Assembly: GCA_963733055.1 (NCBI GenBank)
Contig: CAVTBR010000002.1
Location: forward strand, 128,001 to 192,000
Direction: 5' to 3'
DNA from: Candidatus Bathyarchaeota archaeon
GTDB taxonomy: Archaea > Thermoproteota > Bathyarchaeia > 40CM-2-53-6
DNA: 64,000 bases
Shown: positions 58,469-64,000 of the stretch, one piece after another
Numbering within the stretch: the stretch's first letter is position 1
Layout: each line of letters opens with the position of its first letter
Program-made: the position numbers and the translations under genes
The notes under the pieces: generated by a model
Told to the model about the DNA's origin: nothing
The model's database searches: none
Seen by the model: the letters and a program-made list of their open reading frames with translations, nothing else

Positions 58469-58729
58469 TTTTTCTTCACCTTCAACGCGAACCGAGTCAT
58501 TTCTTGATAAAAGGAATTGCGTACGAATCATTCAGACCTATCAGTCATTTTTCGAAAATAGATCCACCAAACGTATCGTCAGGAAATTGACGAATGATCC
58601 GCCAACTTCCTGTAAGTGCCAATTCTTGTCGAATCTCGGCATTAGAAGTATGCAACATACTTTCGCTCGCACTTTCCGCGTGGTCAGAGGTGTTCACGAA
58701 CGAGGCAGTAGATCGTTAGGAGCAAGATG

Positions 58730-59248
58730 CTAAACGTCTTCGCCTGCTTTTGATCGGAGTTCGCTATACCAATCTGCCAGATTGTAGCTTTCGGCCCTGT
58801 AGTCTCCTCGGTATGGTTTGATGTCTAGGATGGGGGTTCCATCGAAGAAGTCCAACCCGCGGACCACCAACTTCCCTCCATCAATCTTCATCAGCTTCAC
58901 CAAGGTCAGACCAATTGGGTTAGGCCGGGTCGGGGAATCAATAGCGAATACGCCAACGAGGGGTAGCTCTTCAAGTTTGAACCCTTTCGCTAACATCCTT
59001 CGAGGTTTAACCTTCAACACCCCCTTCTGATCGGGTCTTAGTTTGTTCAAGTAGCTGAGAACGAAAATATGGGAGAACCCTTGCAAACCGTCTATCGCGT
59101 CCTGAAACTCGGGGTATATTTCAATCGTTGACTCAGCTTCCTTGCTTCGAAACCTCACGTCGTCGTCAGAACCTGTAGTGTGAACGACGCCAACGGGGCG
59201 AAAGACTACGCCGTTACTTGATACCATGCGGTCTACTTCGCTATTCAT
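58730..59248 (-). CDS. TrmO/TsaA (YaeB-like) SAM-binding family protein
   Basis: GLQGFSHI, GVFA..SP.RPNPIG and GLD..DGTPILDIKPY motifs. Confidence 0.9.
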   Translation of the reverse strand: MNSEVDRMVSSNGVVFRPVGVVHTTGSDDDVRFRSKEAESTIEIYPEFQDAIDGLQGFSHIFVLSYLNKLRPDQKGVLKVKPRRMLAKGFKLEELPLVGVFAIDSPTRPNPIGLTLVKLMKIDGGKLVVRGLDFFDGTPILDIKPYRGDYRAESYNLADWYSELRSKAGEDV

Positions 59249-59273
59249 CCATTTAGAGATGATTCAATCTCAT

Positions 59274-60794
59274 TCACGAATAGACGTTCTCAAACTCGGG
59301 TCGGAGTCTATCGTATACGTTCTTGTATGCCGAGAAAGCGTCACTATATACTGCAGCCGTGCGGGTTTGCGGCCGTTTGGTTTCTCTTACCCGCACGAGT
59401 CCTTTGACCGTGCTCGCAAGGTTAGAGAAGACGCCGGAACCATAGCCTGCCAATAGCGCAGTGCCGAAGACGGTTGCTTCCACGTGTGAAGTGAGTTCCA
59501 CCGATTTCCCTGTCACGTCGGCTTTGATGCCTCTCCACAGTTCGCTTCTCGCTTGGCCGCCGGACAGTCTGATCTTATGCACTTTGATTCCTTGTCGTTC
59601 TATCATCTCGATGTTATGTCTTGTCGCGTATGCTGAGGCTTCAAGAACTGCTCGCACAAGATCCTGCCTTCGATGGGATAGGGTTAGTCCAAAAATTACG
59701 CCATGAGCATACGGATCCCATATCGGCGAGCGTTCTCCTCCAGGAGCAAAATACGGTAGCACGATCAGGCCATTTGCGCCCGGCGGTGATCTCGCCGCAT
59801 CCGCGTCCATTAGCGCATAAGCGTTGCCACCTGCTTCGGAAGGGTATCCTCCCAGCAAATCTTTCAGCCACCGCAGCAATCCCCCAGTAGTGCTCGAAGC
59901 CGCAACAGCCAACCAACGGTCTGGGATGACGTGACATCTGTTAAGAGTTCCAGTTGGAAAACGCGGCTTGCTCAAACATACCGCGAGTTTTGTTGCTGTT
60001 CCGCCATCCTCCATCGCGTCTCCGTCCTCGAGCGCTCCGACCCCGAGGGCAGCACAAGCAGTATCGGCACCTCCCGCGATGACTGGGGTTCCCTTTCTTA
60101 GGCCTGTTTCGCGGGCGGCGGTTGAAGTTACTTCTCCCACGACATCCCATGGCGCCTTGAGATTGGGCAGCTTATCGACAGGGACGCCAAGTTCCTCGCA
60201 AAGTTTAGACGACCATCGCTTTCGACCCTTTGTTTCGAAGAGGAGAGTAAATGATGCGTTCGACCAATCCATAGTGAACTCATTCGTCAAATAACTCTCT
60301 AGAAAGCCGTTGCCGTGCACGAACTTGAAGGTCTTCGCATAAACTCCCGGGTGGGTTCTCTTTATCCAAAGAATTATTGGAGCCGAGTAGGCTGAGTGGG
60401 AAATCCTGTTTCCCGTTATCATAAAGAATTTCTCACTACCGATTTCTCTTTCCATCCAGTTTGCTTGCGCGATACTTCTACGATCCATGAAGAAGATTGA
60501 GTTCATGAGCGGCTTGCCGCTTCGATTGACTGGGATCAGTGACGGGCAGAGGCAGTCGACTGACGCGGCCACGATTTGTTTCGCAGAAATGCGTCCTTTT
60601 CGAATTACTCTGCGAATTACACTCCTGCATGAGGCTAACCAATTCGAGGCGCTATGTTCCCCGGCTAGGGGTTCGTTATGCAAGATGGGGTATTCATCGT
60701 ACGTTAAAGCAACTTGCCGCCCTTGTGTATCGAATAGGGCTGCTTTCATTCGGGTTGAACCGATATCGACTCCCAGCAGGAGATCTTTGGGCAT
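59274..60794 (-). CDS. FGGY-family carbohydrate kinase (xylulokinase-like)
   Basis: GVDIGST, GGADTACAALG, GERSPIWD and SGGQARS motifs; ATG at 60794. Confidence 0.92.
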   Translation of the reverse strand: MPKDLLLGVDIGSTRMKAALFDTQGRQVALTYDEYPILHNEPLAGEHSASNWLASCRSVIRRVIRKGRISAKQIVAASVDCLCPSLIPVNRSGKPLMNSIFFMDRRSIAQANWMEREIGSEKFFMITGNRISHSAYSAPIILWIKRTHPGVYAKTFKFVHGNGFLESYLTNEFTMDWSNASFTLLFETKGRKRWSSKLCEELGVPVDKLPNLKAPWDVVGEVTSTAARETGLRKGTPVIAGGADTACAALGVGALEDGDAMEDGGTATKLAVCLSKPRFPTGTLNRCHVIPDRWLAVAASSTTGGLLRWLKDLLGGYPSEAGGNAYALMDADAARSPPGANGLIVLPYFAPGGERSPIWDPYAHGVIFGLTLSHRRQDLVRAVLEASAYATRHNIEMIERQGIKVHKIRLSGGQARSELWRGIKADVTGKSVELTSHVEATVFGTALLAGYGSGVFSNLASTVKGLVRVRETKRPQTRTAAVYSDAFSAYKNVYDRLRPEFENVYS

Positions 60795-60796
60795 AG

Positions 60797-61417
60797 CTAG
60801 CTCTTCGGCAAGTTGGCGATGAGACCAGTGAACAGTGCGGCCCTCGCCACGTCTTCCGCCCAATCCATAAAATTGAATGCATCGAAAATCGTTTTGCCCG
60901 CGGCTACCAGCCCATGGCCTTTCATGATGACCACTCGCACCGATTCGTCCTGAAAAGCCTCGGTGACCATTTTCGCCAATTCAGCCGAACCCGACGGCGC
61001 CCTTTCAACCATGGGAATCCTCTTCAACCAAGCCTTGGAGGGCGCGGTTACAAGTGGAAAGACGGTGCCCGCTATCGCCCAAGATGTTGCGTATGGAGGA
61101 TGGGCGTGCACAATGCCTCCCACATCACCGCGTTTTGAGTAGATGCCCAAGTGGAAGCCTACTTCTTTCGAAGGTCGACCCTCACCTGTAAGAATCTTGC
61201 CGACCTGGTCAATCTTGAGAAGTGCGTCTGATTTGGTCCACGTCATAGCCTCCCCAGTGGCTTTTATCAAAAAACTATTGGTGTCGGGTATTCTTACGCT
61301 TGTATTGCCACTGCTGCCGGGGGCCCAGCCTCGTTCGGCGACTTTTTTCGTAACCGCTAGAAGATCTTCTCTCAGCTTGACTTCGTCCATGCTAACCGTT
61401 CGTGGCGAATAGTTCAT
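60797..61417 (-). CDS. Class II aldolase/adducin family protein
   Basis: SGNTSVR, PSKE..FH, HAHP and GHG motifs. Confidence 0.92.
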   Translation of the reverse strand: MNYSPRTVSMDEVKLREDLLAVTKKVAERGWAPGSSGNTSVRIPDTNSFLIKATGEAMTWTKSDALLKIDQVGKILTGEGRPSKEVGFHLGIYSKRGDVGGIVHAHPPYATSWAIAGTVFPLVTAPSKAWLKRIPMVERAPSGSAELAKMVTEAFQDESVRVVIMKGHGLVAAGKTIFDAFNFMDWAEDVARAALFTGLIANLPKS

Positions 61418-61554
61418 CGCATATTAAGCGATTTCTCGTGCGATCAATTTCAAAAGCGAAACGATTCTTGATTCTTATCGAGCACACCTCTATTGTGATT
61501 TAGTAAGCAGGAATAAATCCGTCCAGGTCAAACAAGTGCTGACGCGTCTGAAAA

Positions 61555-62949
61555 ATGACTCAATCTAAGAAAGAAAACTTCGACTCCTCAACGTACGAAC
61601 ACCTCTTCCTCGATTTCATGCAAATGAAGGAATTCTCGAAGCACCCTATCGTCATGAAGAGCGCCAAAGGAGTATGGTACGAAGACGTTGACGGAAACAA
61701 GTACCTCGACGGTATATCGGGCATCTTCGTCGTGAACGTCGGCCACGGTAATTCGCGAATAATCCACGCGATGAAAGAACAGCTCGATCAAATCACATTC
61801 AATCCTCCGCTCCAATCAACAAATCTGAGAGCCCTAGAATTGGCGGAATTGATTACCTCGCTAACCCCGGGAGATCTGCGCACGGTCAAATTGTTCAGTG
61901 GTGGTTCGGAGGCAACTGAGGCAGCGATGAAGCTTGCAAGGCAGTATCACAGACAGACTGGGAACCCTGGTAAGTACAAAGTGATCTCCTTGTATGACGG
62001 TTACCACGGAGCGACCATGGGCGCCCTCGGTGCCTCAGGCGTAGCCAAGAGGAAGACATCATTCGAGCCCTTAGGCCCCGGGTACATTCACGTCTTTCCT
62101 CCCACCTGCTACCGATGCCCTTACGGGCTTGACTACCCTAACTGTGACGTTTTATGCGCCACGATTGTCGAGCAAATTGTGAGGAAAGAAGACCCGTCCA
62201 CAGTCTCGGCTTTCATCGTGGAACCGATCAGCAATACGGGAGGGATAGTTACGCCCCCTAATTCGTATTTCAGAATTTTGCGTGAAATATGTGATAAGTT
62301 TGGTATCCTCCTAATCTTCGATGAGGTAATCACCGGTTTCGGCAGGACGGGAGAAATGTTCGCGGCGCAAACCTTCGGAACAACTCCTGACATTATCTGC
62401 ATGGGCAAGGGAATGGCAAGCGGTTACGCCCCAATCGGTGGAATAGCTTTCAGCGACAAAATAGCTGACTCCTTCCTTGGAAGCGAAGAGGAACAGGTCC
62501 AATTCAATCACGGTCACACATTCGGAGGAAACCCACTATCCTGCGCGGCCGCAATCGCCAACATCGGCGAACTAAAGGAAAGAGACCTCCTCAAGAAGGC
62601 CCGCGAGAGCGGAACGAGAATCATCAAGAGATTGCAGGAACTGGATCATCTAGGCGTGATCGGTGACATTCGTGGAAAGGGGCTGCTTATTGGCGCTGAG
62701 TTCGTGCGAAACCGGAAAACCAAGGAGCAATTTGAGGAACGACTCCGTTTCGGCGTCGGTGTTGGGAAGACGGCCATGCAGAAAGGGCTCATTCTCAGGT
62801 ACGACCCCAACTGGCTCGCTTTCGCTCCACCTCTAATCATCGAGAACAATGAAATCGACACCATGATGGACAGATTCGGCGGGAGTCTTGAGGAAATGTT
62901 GGCGGTTGCGAATCCGGGTAAATCAAATACGCCACCTTCCCGTATGTAG
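61555..62949 (+). CDS. Class III (omega-type) PLP aminotransferase
   Basis: SGGSEATEAA, GYHG, DEVITGFGRTG, GKG (PLP Lys) and HGHTFGG motifs. Confidence 0.93.
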   Translation: MTQSKKENFDSSTYEHLFLDFMQMKEFSKHPIVMKSAKGVWYEDVDGNKYLDGISGIFVVNVGHGNSRIIHAMKEQLDQITFNPPLQSTNLRALELAELITSLTPGDLRTVKLFSGGSEATEAAMKLARQYHRQTGNPGKYKVISLYDGYHGATMGALGASGVAKRKTSFEPLGPGYIHVFPPTCYRCPYGLDYPNCDVLCATIVEQIVRKEDPSTVSAFIVEPISNTGGIVTPPNSYFRILREICDKFGILLIFDEVITGFGRTGEMFAAQTFGTTPDIICMGKGMASGYAPIGGIAFSDKIADSFLGSEEEQVQFNHGHTFGGNPLSCAAAIANIGELKERDLLKKARESGTRIIKRLQELDHLGVIGDIRGKGLLIGAEFVRNRKTKEQFEERLRFGVGVGKTAMQKGLILRYDPNWLAFAPPLIIENNEIDTMMDRFGGSLEEMLAVANPGKSNTPPSRM

Positions 62950-62970
62950 CATGACTTGCTCTAGCCTGGG

Positions 62971-63981
62971 TTAGATCGGCTTCGAATGGGGTGACAGTTC
63001 GACGTCTATGTCACACGTGAGGCTTTGGCCCGGGGTTAGGTGTGAGGTACGCCCTTCGGTTATCGCCTTCCCTAAGTCGTAGGGGTAGCTTGTGCTGGGT
63101 TCGATGACAGCAGTGTACAATGATCTATACCCTCCGTAGGCTAGGAATAGCCAAATGTTGTTTAGGATTTGCTTAGGGAAGCTCAGCTTTACGTCCACGT
63201 TGCCCTGTGGATTCACCAACTTCACGGCACCATCTTCAAGGTCGGTTACGTAATGCAAGGTGCAAGTGTGAGCAGTCGGTGGCGGCACTCTGCTCACATC
63301 AACTCGCTCGCCACCCTTGCACTGAGCAATCGGCCAGCGATATCTGTCGCTCGATTCTGAGTAAAGATGAGTGTACCGTGGGTCAACAATTCCTGTCTTA
63401 GCGGAAATCTCAATGCTGCAGGTTTCATTGATTTGGAACGCGGGGTGAATCTTCCATAAGAATTTCAGGTCATCGCGACCCAAGTTCTCGAGCAAATATC
63501 GCAGGTGAATTTTAGGTTCGCCAACACGTATTGCTAGAGACCTAGTGATTCTGCAAGGTGTAATCGGAGTGAGAACAGATGTTACCAAAGTTGCTGTTTC
63601 ATGGAGGTCATCCGGTTTGACTATTGAATAACTCCACTCGGTTGACCAAGCCTCACCCATGTCAGGGTACCGCTCTTTGTTGATAGAGCACGGAGCGTCA
63701 TTCGGAAAGATCTCGTCCCAACCTCCACACCAGACGTCATCGAACGCTGCACCCAGGGCAACCTTGGTTGGCCTGATTTGCGGATTATGCCAAAGCACGT
63801 TCTTTTGACTGGGCTTATAGATCAAGTCGTATATCTTAGCGCCCAATTCGGGAAAGACAAGAACTCGAACAAATTCGTTTTCCAGCACGACCGAACGAAT
63901 GCCCCTATAGCTCCAGTCATCGTTTACCGTTACGTCCTCACGGCTCATGGCCAATCTCTCCCTCAGACATTTTACCGCCAT
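62971..63981 (-). CDS. Galactose-mutarotase-like / DUF5107 protein
   Basis: LENE..V.VFPELGAKI, GGWDEIFP, WKIHPA and IEP motifs. Confidence 0.78.
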   Translation of the reverse strand: MAVKCLRERLAMSREDVTVNDDWSYRGIRSVVLENEFVRVLVFPELGAKIYDLIYKPSQKNVLWHNPQIRPTKVALGAAFDDVWCGGWDEIFPNDAPCSINKERYPDMGEAWSTEWSYSIVKPDDLHETATLVTSVLTPITPCRITRSLAIRVGEPKIHLRYLLENLGRDDLKFLWKIHPAFQINETCSIEISAKTGIVDPRYTHLYSESSDRYRWPIAQCKGGERVDVSRVPPPTAHTCTLHYVTDLEDGAVKLVNPQGNVDVKLSFPKQILNNIWLFLAYGGYRSLYTAVIEPSTSYPYDLGKAITEGRTSHLTPGQSLTCDIDVELSPHSKPI

Positions 63982-64000
63982 TATCCTTGCAGCGGATAAT

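Noticed and set aside
1-64000. tRNA, rRNA genes or CRISPR arrays
   Set aside because: No T-loop/acceptor-stem cloverleaf, rRNA signature or regularly spaced repeats seen by eye; tRNAscan-SE and Infernal would be needed to exclude intron-containing or split tRNAs.

Overview
Archaeal chromosomal window from the TACK superphylum. Gene content and PEF-CTERM proteins suggest a Bathyarchaeia-like lineage (inference), and TTG starts are very common. Core genes: gatE/gatD, elp3, Lsm, nucS, radA, dihydroorotase, thermosome, gltX and the rps13-rps4 // rpoD-rpl18e-rpl13-rps9-rpoN-rps2 operon, which lacks rps11. An ether-lipid/mevalonate supercluster (egsA, DUF2070, GGGP and DGGGP synthases, class II HMG-CoA reductase, mvk) also carries a diphosphomevalonate decarboxylase and an ERG8-like phosphomevalonate kinase, suggesting the classical MVA route. 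Accessory regions: (i) a complete 2,629-bp IS6-family cargo element (15019-17647) with 23-bp imperfect TIRs, an 8-bp TSD, a SWIM/Zn-ribbon transposase, a divergent RHH gene and two membrane cargo genes, inserted at the BRE edge of the thermosome promoter and directly against a sibling element end; (ii) a Pst/PhoU locus joined to a Ppx, tandem thymidylate-kinase-like, CHAD-SixA operon with no recognisable polyphosphate kinase; (iii) a 1,462-aa PEF-CTERM surface protein; (iv) an aminotransferase/FGGY kinase/class II aldolase/mutarotase-like catabolic cluster. Several single-base frameshifts in core genes look like sequencing errors. No rRNA, tRNA or CRISPR array was seen.
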